Below, one piece after another: positions 20,527 through 28,704 of a stretch of 64,000 nucleotides of DNA. The translations under genes and the position numbers were made by a program. Positions within the stretch are counted from its first letter, which is position 1. Every line of letters begins with the position of its first letter. The notes beneath the pieces are model-generated. The model was not told the DNA's origin, ran no database searches, and saw only the letters and a program-made list of their open reading frames with translations. This DNA is from an uncultured Rhodospirillaceae bacterium (GTDB taxonomy: Bacteria > Pseudomonadota > Alphaproteobacteria > Rhodospirillales > Magnetospirillaceae): NCBI GenBank assembly GCA_903901915.1, contig CAIUSV010000065.1:432-64431 (forward strand). Reading direction: 5' to 3'.

Positions 20527-22155
20527 ATGTCCAATGCAGCAGCCGCGAGCTTTGATGAAGCGCTGACGCGGGTTGACACTGAGGTAAAAGCGTTTGAAGA
20601 GAAGGCTTTCGCCGAGCAGGTTTCCCAGGCCGAGAAAAACAGTGCGCTTTATGCGGCGCTGGACAAAGCCTACGCCTTTCACATGAAGTGGGGGGAGCAC
20701 CACCAGTATGCGAAGTTCCTTGCAGACAGGAAGGTGGTAGACGTTCCGCGCGGCTCAAAATCAAGCCAATTCACACCGACCATCAAGGCGTTCTTTGATC
20801 CGTCTTGGGATCAGTTCGACCCGGCAGGTGATGAGAAAAAGAAGAAAGAAAAGGCTCGTCGCCAGAAAACCATCAGCACCTATAGCGGCGTACTGGACTA
20901 CGCCGCGCATGAACGCATCAACGATGTTGTCTCTTTCCTAGCGACGGGTGGCGGCATTGAGGCTGTGCGGATCAAGTGGAAGAAAAAGCGGAGCGAACTC
21001 CCCGAAGAAATCGAGAAACGGCAGAAAGCCGCTGACGTAAAGAACCAACGCTTGGCTTTGGGCCTTGCTGGACTTCAGAAGGGAATGCAAACATCCCTTC
21101 CGTCAGATCCCCATCGCAAAGAAAGCCCCCAGTTAGCCGCGATATATTATGACGAGACTGGTGTTGCCCACTTCCTTGGACTTCCCGACCAAGATGACAG
21201 CGCCAAAGCTCTCTTGGAAAGGTTCTTGCTGTCGAACGCTGGCCCCAATAATCTCACAAAATTGTTGTCGCTTCTGAAAGCCGGTGTGGTCGCTAATGCC
21301 AAAGACGCGAATGTGCTGATCAAGAACGACAAATCTGGTTGCGAGATTCACGCATCAGCGAATAGCAGCGATACATGCGTCGTCTCCGCCAAGTTGCCAC
21401 ATCAAGACTTCCTGCCCGAGGGAACCCATTGGTTCGGCAGCAAGGCCATTCGCGGCTTGAAAAAACTGTCGCCCCTTGGAAAGTACGGCGCTCAATTCAT
21501 AATCACCGGCCCAGCCAAAATTGCTGGCATTGATGCCTCGTGGGAAATCCAGCTCACGGACTATCGGGCGGGCGTGGCGGCGATTGAGGATTGGGATTGG
21601 AACAAAGTCATCCCGGATACGCCCGGTTGCGTCCACACGGAAAATGATGACGTGATGACTATTACCTATGTTTCGACCATCGAGGACATGGCACGCATCA
21701 AGCCGATAGCTGCTTGGGACGGCGAAGTGAATGTTGACGGCGCATTTGCTGATTGGCTGCAAGCCGCTTTGGGCATCAGCAACGATGATGCTAACCAACG
21801 CTTGTTCAAAGCTATCCGCGATGAAGGCCGTCCGACAACCGCGTTTAGGATCACCGACAGCGCCTGGACAATCACTGACGAGCAAGGTGACGTTGTAACC
21901 TATGCGTTCCAAGCCCCTATAAGCAGCTCGAAATTCACCATCGAAATGGCCGTTGGCTCGAAGGACATTCTGACCGCCATTGATGCGGTCAAAGCACTTG
22001 TGGATGGGGGAACAGTGAGCATCTCACTCGTCGACAAGCTGATGCGCGTTCAGTGCAAGAAGGGCAGCGTGTTGGCTGAGGTCTTCATCCCGTCAATCGG
22101 CACTGATGGGCGGCATCAGGCTTATACCGAATTCGACCAGCCATTGACCGCATGA
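20527..22155 (+). CDS. Large hypothetical protein (542 aa)
   Basis: Long ORF in a lower-GC region with GGGGG RBS; no family recognised. Confidence 0.8.
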   Translation: MSNAAAASFDEALTRVDTEVKAFEEKAFAEQVSQAEKNSALYAALDKAYAFHMKWGEHHQYAKFLADRKVVDVPRGSKSSQFTPTIKAFFDPSWDQFDPAGDEKKKKEKARRQKTISTYSGVLDYAAHERINDVVSFLATGGGIEAVRIKWKKKRSELPEEIEKRQKAADVKNQRLALGLAGLQKGMQTSLPSDPHRKESPQLAAIYYDETGVAHFLGLPDQDDSAKALLERFLLSNAGPNNLTKLLSLLKAGVVANAKDANVLIKNDKSGCEIHASANSSDTCVVSAKLPHQDFLPEGTHWFGSKAIRGLKKLSPLGKYGAQFIITGPAKIAGIDASWEIQLTDYRAGVAAIEDWDWNKVIPDTPGCVHTENDDVMTITYVSTIEDMARIKPIAAWDGEVNVDGAFADWLQAALGISNDDANQRLFKAIRDEGRPTTAFRITDSAWTITDEQGDVVTYAFQAPISSSKFTIEMAVGSKDILTAIDAVKALVDGGTVSISLVDKLMRVQCKKGSVLAEVFIPSIGTDGRHQAYTEFDQPLTA

Positions 22156-22275
22156 AGGACGCAACATTACTGAGCTTGTTGACGGCATTGCTATGATATA
22201 CCCTTAGAAAAATTGTCAAATTTCGCCTGAACTACTTGGGCGTAATTACAGCAAAAGTGTTGGGGGAGATGCTGC

Positions 22276-23061
22276 ATGAGTTCACCTGACACCATTGGCA
22301 AACTGGGCAAGGCACATTCAGCCCTCAATGGCGGCAGTGCTAGCGCAGCTAAAACAAAATCGCTAGGTGGCGTCGTCGGAAAGATGGCGGGTCAGTCTTC
22401 CCAACTTTCCGGGACAAGTTCGGGGGCTGCCAAGGCTTCCTCCACCAGCATCGCTCTCGGCAAGATCAGCATCCCCTACACCCACCTTACTGGGGTCGGC
22501 TCCGGAACTATCAACGTGACCTCAGCCGGGATCGCGAACGGGACCAAGCTGATTTCATCCATATGTTCCGGAAAAGGGCTGAGCCTCGGCCTCGGCCTGG
22601 GTCTCGGCGCTTGGGGGCCTGCATTGATTGCGGGAACCGTTTGCGTTGCTGGGTATGGGGCCTATCGGATGTATGCCGCCAATCCAAAGGGCAAACCCCG
22701 CTCTCGGAGCAAGAGTGGTCAAGAGACCGCCACATTAGCCTCCCAGGTCGCGTCAATGGCTGATGCCGTTTTCGCCGCAGGATACGGAGCATTTAGAAAG
22801 CTGGTATCCTCTCCTGATGATGAGGCGGCCCTGGCTGCCGAGCTTGCCGCCGAAATTGCAGCCGCCGGGAAGCTAATCGCCGAGGCCAACGAAGCTGAGA
22901 AGCGTGCATTAGCCGCCGGTGCCAATGCCAAGCAGGCCATCAAGTTGGCAGCCGCCGCCAAGCGGAAGGCAAAAGCTGCATTGGACCTCCAGCACTCCAC
23001 AGAATCCAAGCTGGCGGCTACTCGGGCGCGAAAGCGGAAGGAAGCTGCCGCCAACGTGTAG
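22276..23061 (+). CDS. LG-repeat magnetosome-type membrane protein (Mms6/Mms5/MamG-like motif) with Ala/Lys-rich tail
   Basis: SGKGLSLGLGLGLGAWGPALIAG...YGAYRMY matches the Mms6/MamG/MamD signature GKGLGLGLGLGLGAWGP. Confidence 0.8.
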   Translation: MSSPDTIGKLGKAHSALNGGSASAAKTKSLGGVVGKMAGQSSQLSGTSSGAAKASSTSIALGKISIPYTHLTGVGSGTINVTSAGIANGTKLISSICSGKGLSLGLGLGLGAWGPALIAGTVCVAGYGAYRMYAANPKGKPRSRSKSGQETATLASQVASMADAVFAAGYGAFRKLVSSPDDEAALAAELAAEIAAAGKLIAEANEAEKRALAAGANAKQAIKLAAAAKRKAKAALDLQHSTESKLAATRARKRKEAAANV

Positions 23062-23321
23062 TCCATTTTCATGAAGCATTATTTCCAAAAATGCGAAAAC
23101 TCACAGCCACATCGCCCCCGCACATAGTTGCGAGCGCCTCTTACTATTAGAGCAAACCCGAACCCACAATAAATTTCTCTGGACAGATTTCGCCTCTGCT
23201 TGCGAGAATGGGGGCGTATTATGATATATGTGCATACCAGCCTATATCTCTCCGAAGGGGCTCGGGGTATCTTCAGCAGAACGGTTTGTCGCTCTGCGTC
23301 ATTGTTTAGGGAGCTGTTAGC

Positions 23322-24338
23322 ATGCTTGACCAAATGATCATGGCCAAGGTCGAGGGAACCACCCAGGCAGCTCTCCTGTCGTCGATGACCGGAAATTCCT
23401 ACACGGTCGGCCAAGTTACTGCTACTGGAAATGGAATGGGACACTGGTTGTTCCTGAACCCCGCTGGCGCTACCGCTGGAAAAGGGGCCGTCGCCCTCAA
23501 ACTGGAAGGTGCCCGTCAGGTCGCGCAGTTGTCGGGGATGGTGGGCAAGACCGTTACCATCGGAAAAGCCCCCCTCGTTGCAGATGGTGTGAGCAAATGG
23601 CTTGTGCTGTGCCCCAAAGCCGGTATCGCAGCAAAGGGCGCTGCCGTTGCTGCGGGCGCTGCCGGTGCTGGTGGTCTGACTGCTGCCGCCACCCAGGGCG
23701 GCGGGAACGGCATGATTATGATGAAGCTCGAAGGCGCAAGACAGGCCGGGCAGGTCCAGATGATGACCGGCAAGACTTTCATGGTGGCAAAGACCACTGC
23801 CGCCGGGAATGGAGCCGCCAATTGGCTATTCCTTCAGCCCGTTGGTGAAACCGCTGCTACCATGAAGGATCTGGTGGTCCTCAAGGTTCAACATGGAGCT
23901 GGGCAGATGCCATGGCTGGTCGGCAAGACCTTCGCTATTGGCGAATCTCCGATGATGGCCGGTACGACGAGCAAGTTCCTGGTTCTCAATCCTGTGACTG
24001 GTGTCGCAGCCAAGGGCGCGGCCGGAACCGCAATCGCCGCCAAGGGAGCCATGCAGACTGTGGCATTGCAGACCGCCGGTAAAACTGCTGTGGCGGGTTC
24101 GGTTGCCAAGGGTGCCGCTGCTGGCGCCGCCACCAAGGGTGCCGCCGCTGTCGGCACTCTATGGACTGGTACCGGCATGAGCTTGGGCCTTGGTTTGGGA
24201 CTCGGCGCTGCTGGTCCTGTCATCCTGGGTGGCGTCATCGCCGCAGCCGGTTACGGCATTTACCGCTACCGCAAGGCCCGGACCACCTCGGCAGCATCCG
24301 AGGTTGATGACGCGATCTCGGACGCAGTGACGGCTTAG
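23322..24338 (+). CDS. mamD: Magnetosome protein MamD (Mms7)-like
   Basis: Four roughly 40-aa internal repeats (KLEGARQ...GKT(F/V).(V/I)...WL(F/V)L.P), GTLWTGTGMSLGLGLGLGAAGP, a TM helix and the acidic tail SEVDDAISDAVTA. Confidence 0.88.
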   Translation: MLDQMIMAKVEGTTQAALLSSMTGNSYTVGQVTATGNGMGHWLFLNPAGATAGKGAVALKLEGARQVAQLSGMVGKTVTIGKAPLVADGVSKWLVLCPKAGIAAKGAAVAAGAAGAGGLTAAATQGGGNGMIMMKLEGARQAGQVQMMTGKTFMVAKTTAAGNGAANWLFLQPVGETAATMKDLVVLKVQHGAGQMPWLVGKTFAIGESPMMAGTTSKFLVLNPVTGVAAKGAAGTAIAAKGAMQTVALQTAGKTAVAGSVAKGAAAGAATKGAAAVGTLWTGTGMSLGLGLGLGAAGPVILGGVIAAAGYGIYRYRKARTTSAASEVDDAISDAVTA

Positions 24339-24416
24339 GCAAGACGATATGCTTGCCCCTTACGTGTTCACACTTCGTGCGGTGTAAGCTCAGCATGAAC
24401 AGGAGGACGTTGGTCT

Positions 24417-25220
24417 GTGACTGATGTCCCTAAAAAAGGTCGAAAGCGGGCAAGCTCCTGTTCCAATGCATCAGGTGAAATACCCTGCGCTGCTGCGTGT
24501 TCAAGCATTGCCGTGCCCCCATCGGAGCGTAAAGACAACCACGAAGAGCGTGGGGAACGAGGCACATTCATTGAAGAATGCCTCGCCCTCATGCCCAAGG
24601 TTGAAGCTGGTCTGAGTGCATACCGTTCATCAGCAATTGCCCATCTCGAAAGCCCACCAAGTAGCATCATTCGCTTCATGGCCAATGGTGCAACTGCCCA
24701 TACTCTGACGGATTTGGCATGCTTTGCGACGGCGTTTGAAGCGGCCCTACTTTATGGGGAAACGGAGGGATGGACGGATAGTCTGACCGAGGTTTCCGAG
24801 AAGAGCTTCGCCATGCTGTCACTTCATCTGGAGGTGGCTAAAGCCGGGGCGGACTGGAACTCAGATTGGGACATTGATTTAGTTGCAGACCTGATGATCG
24901 CCGCCAGCTCGCTGGACCAAATTGTGGATAAAGTGGCGGATAACTCACCACACCAATCGGGCATGAGCGTTGGCGAAGAAAGCTCCTCGGCCCATCTACA
25001 CCCCAGCCCACAGATGTCCCAGGTTCACTATCACAAGCAAGCCACCACCCTTTGGGATGGTCGGGAAAGTCTATTTCTCAAGCTTTGGAGCGTTTTGTCA
25101 CGAACAACGGCGACATGGTCGAGTGTGAAAACGAGTAAGCCTACCAGCACGGTCAAACGCCCTAAAAAAGCTAGGCGCTCGCGCGGCGAAGACGATCCGA
25201 TCCTGGAAGCTCTTCGCTAA
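24417..25220 (+). CDS. Hpt/CheA-P1-like protein lacking the phosphoacceptor His segment
   Basis: FIEECLALMPKVEAGL...IIRFMANGATAHTLTDLACFATAFE aligns by eye to CheA P1 (F.EE..ELL..LE..L...IFRAVHSIKGGAGAFGLDDLVAFAHVFE). Confidence 0.55.
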   Translation: MTDVPKKGRKRASSCSNASGEIPCAAACSSIAVPPSERKDNHEERGERGTFIEECLALMPKVEAGLSAYRSSAIAHLESPPSSIIRFMANGATAHTLTDLACFATAFEAALLYGETEGWTDSLTEVSEKSFAMLSLHLEVAKAGADWNSDWDIDLVADLMIAASSLDQIVDKVADNSPHQSGMSVGEESSSAHLHPSPQMSQVHYHKQATTLWDGRESLFLKLWSVLSRTTATWSSVKTSKPTSTVKRPKKARRSRGEDDPILEALR

Positions 25221-25242
25221 ATCAGAGGGTTGGGAGGATATT

Positions 25243-25431
25243 ATGATCACAAGCACCGTGACTGGATCGAAAATCGCTGCCGCAAGTGCTCCAGGGTTGG
25301 GCAAAGCCGCCATATTGATCTTGAGCGCCAGCATGGGTGTCGGTGTCTTGATCGGCTTGTCACTGGCGACCGCTGCGGGCGGTTTCTATGTCTGCCGCAA
25401 GTTGTCCGGTGCGGCTGAACCTGTCACATAA
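25243..25431 (+). CDS. Small single-pass membrane protein (62 aa)
   Basis: GGGAGG RBS; hydrophobic segment AAILILSASMGVGVLIGLSLATAAGGFYV followed by RK. Confidence 0.65.
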   Translation: MITSTVTGSKIAAASAPGLGKAAILILSASMGVGVLIGLSLATAAGGFYVCRKLSGAAEPVT

Positions 25432-25455
25432 TGTCACACTCATTCCACATCTAGG

Positions 25456-25794
25456 ATGCAGTGTCCCATGGATGAGGACGAATTGGCGTGGCTTGCATCA
25501 AAAATAGTGATTGCATGGTCACGCCGAAACGAGAATTCCAGCGATAAGCTCTTCGATTTGAATGAGGACATTACGCAGTCGATGCGTGCCATTCTCGGCC
25601 AAAACCCTGCGAAGCTCGCCGCAGTTCGTGGCAGCCGTACACTCAGTGAAATCGGATGCCGGAAATCACTGCCCTCCCTCGTTCATCTGTTCTTTTGCGA
25701 TTCCTGCGGAAAGATTTTCCGCAACATGGCATCAGAACTTCACCACAAGCGGTACTGTTCCCCAAGAGATGAGCAGCACCGTCAATTAGGATAA
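25456..25794 (+). CDS. Divergent, C-terminally truncated Ros/MucR-like zinc-finger protein
   Basis: LASKIVIAWSRRN...KLFDLNEDI resembles the Ros N-terminus (LTADIVAAYVSN...LPGLISDV); RKS...CDSCGKIF...HHKRYC resembles its zinc finger. Confidence 0.55.
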   Translation: MQCPMDEDELAWLASKIVIAWSRRNENSSDKLFDLNEDITQSMRAILGQNPAKLAAVRGSRTLSEIGCRKSLPSLVHLFFCDSCGKIFRNMASELHHKRYCSPRDEQHRQLG

Positions 25795-25821
25795 GAGGAT
25801 TTTCAGCGTCCTGTCCCTTGA

Positions 25822-27327
25822 TCAATGCTTTGTGGCGGTCTGGTCGATCCGCGTTATGATTTCTACCCACCGCATCCAGTCGTCGAGATTGTTTTCAAAC
25901 TCGACCAAAAGGGCAACGGAGCGACTACCATCACGACGGATTTCCTGAAATTTCTTCACCCCCAGAACCACATCCATATTCGGGCAGATAATCTTGGTGA
26001 CGGCCTTGACCTCGGCTCCATGAGTCTCGAATTTGACGCCGTGCATGGAAAGATTGATGGCAGCCGTTTCCCGCTTCTCACCATCAGCACTGATCCATTG
26101 AATTTCCATGGCTCCGGAAGGCACTGCAACACGCAATGAAAACCGTCGCTCGACCTTGACAGCTTCGCTTTCCGCGATAAGAAGCTTCCGCCGCAATTTT
26201 TCCGCGTCATCAAGGGCACCTTTGACCTTGGCGTCTATGTACTGGGAGGCAAGGTCCACCGGAACGGCTGGTTCGGCCTTGGCAGCCGCTCGTCGCCGGT
26301 AGACGATCAAAGCTCCAATAACACCGCCCACCAACAAAAGAACAATCTCCCATATGGAGGACTGACTGGTTTGCGTATCCGCAGGAGCTACGGGCTGGGG
26401 CGCAACCGGCTCAGCCATCCTTGTTTCGATGGGGGGAGAAAGCGGCTTTGGGGCGGGTTGCTCCCTCGGCTGAACCTTCGCAGCGATCTCGGGAATTGTG
26501 GTCAGGGCTATGGCGGCTCGATGCTCGTGGTCGTCCGGTAGGGCTTCCTTGACGATAGCACTGGAATGCTGCTGCAAGGCCGTCATGGCCTTCTGCAATT
26601 GCTCAACGGGATTTTCCTGAGCAGCCACCCGCATGGGCAGATATTGGGCACTCGCTGCCTTGGCCCAGGTCTTCAGATAATAGGAGGTTCCAGACAAATC
26701 CCAGATGATCAGCCGATCCCCGATCAGTTTGGCGATGCCCGGCATCTGGCCTTCGATCAGATCGATATTGCGGGCGTGGTACAAGGCACCGAGCTTTTCA
26801 AACCGCTTGCGCTTTGAGATCCCGGCATCCTTCATGTGTTGATACTGACGGTTCAGATCGTCATAGCGGGAGTCCGCTTGAACCTCCTTGCTGAGATAGC
26901 CCAGCTTGGCATCCCAAATCTCAGGCTCACCATCGGATATGATCACGGCCAGTTTCGTCGAAGGCTTCGCGTAATTCAGCAGATAGCGAAAGGGCATCTC
27001 CAAATCTGTCGCTTTGCCAACCGTTTCAATGCCGTCGATGGCCCGGTTCACGGCATTGATGTCGGTGGCGGTATCACGGTCGATGGCGAGGTGACGGTAC
27101 AGGGCTTCGTCGAACCCAACGATTTCGATCTTATACGGATTGTCGAAGGTCTTCAGGAAGGTAAGCAGCCAGGCCTTGGAGGCAAGTTTTGGATCATGCT
27201 TTCCAACCGATCCCGATTGATCGAACAAGATGATAATGTCCGGCTGTTCTTGGGCTAAAACTGGGCGAACAGGGCCAAGAACAACACTGGCAATCAGGGC
27301 GGCAGCCAGAATGATGCGAGCAAGCAT
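25822..27327 (-). CDS. Signal peptide-vWA-TM-PilZ protein
   Basis: MIDAS motif FDQSGSV and ISDGEP; TM WEIVLLLVGGVIGALIVY; PilZ motifs RRFSLR and NLSMHG. Confidence 0.8.
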   Translation of the reverse strand: MLARIILAAALIASVVLGPVRPVLAQEQPDIIILFDQSGSVGKHDPKLASKAWLLTFLKTFDNPYKIEIVGFDEALYRHLAIDRDTATDINAVNRAIDGIETVGKATDLEMPFRYLLNYAKPSTKLAVIISDGEPEIWDAKLGYLSKEVQADSRYDDLNRQYQHMKDAGISKRKRFEKLGALYHARNIDLIEGQMPGIAKLIGDRLIIWDLSGTSYYLKTWAKAASAQYLPMRVAAQENPVEQLQKAMTALQQHSSAIVKEALPDDHEHRAAIALTTIPEIAAKVQPREQPAPKPLSPPIETRMAEPVAPQPVAPADTQTSQSSIWEIVLLLVGGVIGALIVYRRRAAAKAEPAVPVDLASQYIDAKVKGALDDAEKLRRKLLIAESEAVKVERRFSLRVAVPSGAMEIQWISADGEKRETAAINLSMHGVKFETHGAEVKAVTKIICPNMDVVLGVKKFQEIRRDGSRSVALLVEFENNLDDWMRWVEIITRIDQTATKH

Positions 27328-27340
27328 GTCCGCCTCCCGT

Positions 27341-28192
27341 CTATTCTAGGTTGGACAGAATGGTCGAACGCTTCTCCGCAAGGAAGTCCTTGATCTCGGT
27401 CTCGGCCATGAGCTTCCGCTCCGAGGCGAAGGTCGAGAAATATTCATGGATGCTGTCGAATTCGGCTGTAACTTTCTCGATCAGCTGACGCCGCAAGTCC
27501 GTGACCTCGGTCTGATAGCTGCTCTCAAACCGTTCCTGAAGCCGCGATTTCTCGGACTCCGTCCACGCCATGATCTTGGACAGTGCCAATTCCTTCTGTG
27601 CGGCGACGGCCTCTTCCATCTCGGCTACTTTTTCCCGGCGGCGCTCGTCGATATCCCGATCCAACTCGGCCATCTCAGCCTCAATCTCACGCTGCCGAGC
27701 CAAGAGAGTGGTGATGCTCTCGTCGAGAGCGTCCTTTGTTCGGGTGAGGTCAGTGACATCAGAGGACAATTCAACCACATGCGTTCTCTTGCGGTCGGCC
27801 TCCTCCTGAAGGTCAGAGACTAGCTCCACCAACTTCTGCTCAACCTCGCGAAGCTCTCTCACACGGGTTTCAGCCGCAACCTTTGTCGTGATTGCAGCAT
27901 TGATTTCTGCTTGCTCAGCCGCCAGCTTCTCGGCTTTACGGGCATCCACTCCCTGCTCAAATTCACGGATAGAGGCGAGAAGCGTATCTTCTCTTGCGGC
28001 AAGCGCATTCACCCGAAGCTGAAGCTCGGCCTTCTGCCGGGTAAGCTTCCCAGCGTCATCGATACCCTGAAAGTTTATTGAACGGCTATCTTTGGGGACT
28101 GGTTTTGTCTTGTTGCGATCAGCCAGTTTGGACACGCCAACCATTACGGCCAAAAATCCACATGCTGACAGAGCGATAAGAAGTATCGGCAT
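27341..28192 (-). CDS. Membrane-anchored long coiled-coil protein
   Basis: N-terminal hydrophobic anchor MPILLIALSACGFLAVMVGV followed by E/K/R/A-rich heptads; co-oriented with the vWA gene. Confidence 0.8.
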   Translation of the reverse strand: MPILLIALSACGFLAVMVGVSKLADRNKTKPVPKDSRSINFQGIDDAGKLTRQKAELQLRVNALAAREDTLLASIREFEQGVDARKAEKLAAEQAEINAAITTKVAAETRVRELREVEQKLVELVSDLQEEADRKRTHVVELSSDVTDLTRTKDALDESITTLLARQREIEAEMAELDRDIDERRREKVAEMEEAVAAQKELALSKIMAWTESEKSRLQERFESSYQTEVTDLRRQLIEKVTAEFDSIHEYFSTFASERKLMAETEIKDFLAEKRSTILSNLE

Positions 28193-28387
28193 AATCCCCC
28201 CCCCAAATGGGCAACGGCCATAATCGCTTAGACTAGCACATCCGGTATTACCGCCCATGCCAAAAGTCGAGGACGCTGAACATGAACGATCAGGGAATTT
28301 TGCGAATGCTTGTCATGTTGAGCATCAGAAAAAGCCCTATCACGACTAGGTCCATTTCTATGCAGACTAATCTCGGCAGTTCCCCAC

Positions 28388-28408
28388 GAACATACAGCAT
28401 GTATGTTC
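28388..28408. repeat. Palindromic site 2: GAACATAC-AGCAT-GTATGTTC
   Basis: Seen directly, immediately after the stop codon at 28411. Confidence 0.93.
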
Positions 28409-28410
28409 AG

Positions 28411-28704
28411 CTACCTCGCCGCTGATAGCCGCTCAATTTCGTTCCCAACCCGACCACGCAGCGCGACGAGTCTAGTGCAATTGTCCCGTTCCATCTCGGT
28501 CGTCGCCACGGCGGCATATTTGGCCGTGATGGAAGTGAGCCGCTGCGACAGCCGCATCAGCACCAGCAGCGACGGTGGCCGCTGCCGTGCCTTGGCACAG
28601 GACATATAGCTGCGAGATTTCCCAAGCCAAAACCGCGAAAACTCGTACTGGCTCTCGACCATCCACATATCGCGCAATTCCCCATAGATGACTTCCAGCA
28701 GCAT
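28411..28704 (-). CDS. Conserved small island protein (recalled as DUF6626-like)
   Basis: IYGEL...VESQYEFSRFWLGKSRSYMS; GGGAGG RBS. The family name is from memory. Confidence 0.65.
   Translation of the reverse strand: MLLEVIYGELRDMWMVESQYEFSRFWLGKSRSYMSCAKARQRPPSLLVLMRLSQRLTSITAKYAAVATTEMERDNCTRLVALRGRVGNEIERLSAAR

Noticed and set aside
22276-28192. Complete magnetosome island
   Set aside because: No mamA/B/E/K/M/O/Q or other core genes in the window; only accessory-type homologs are present.
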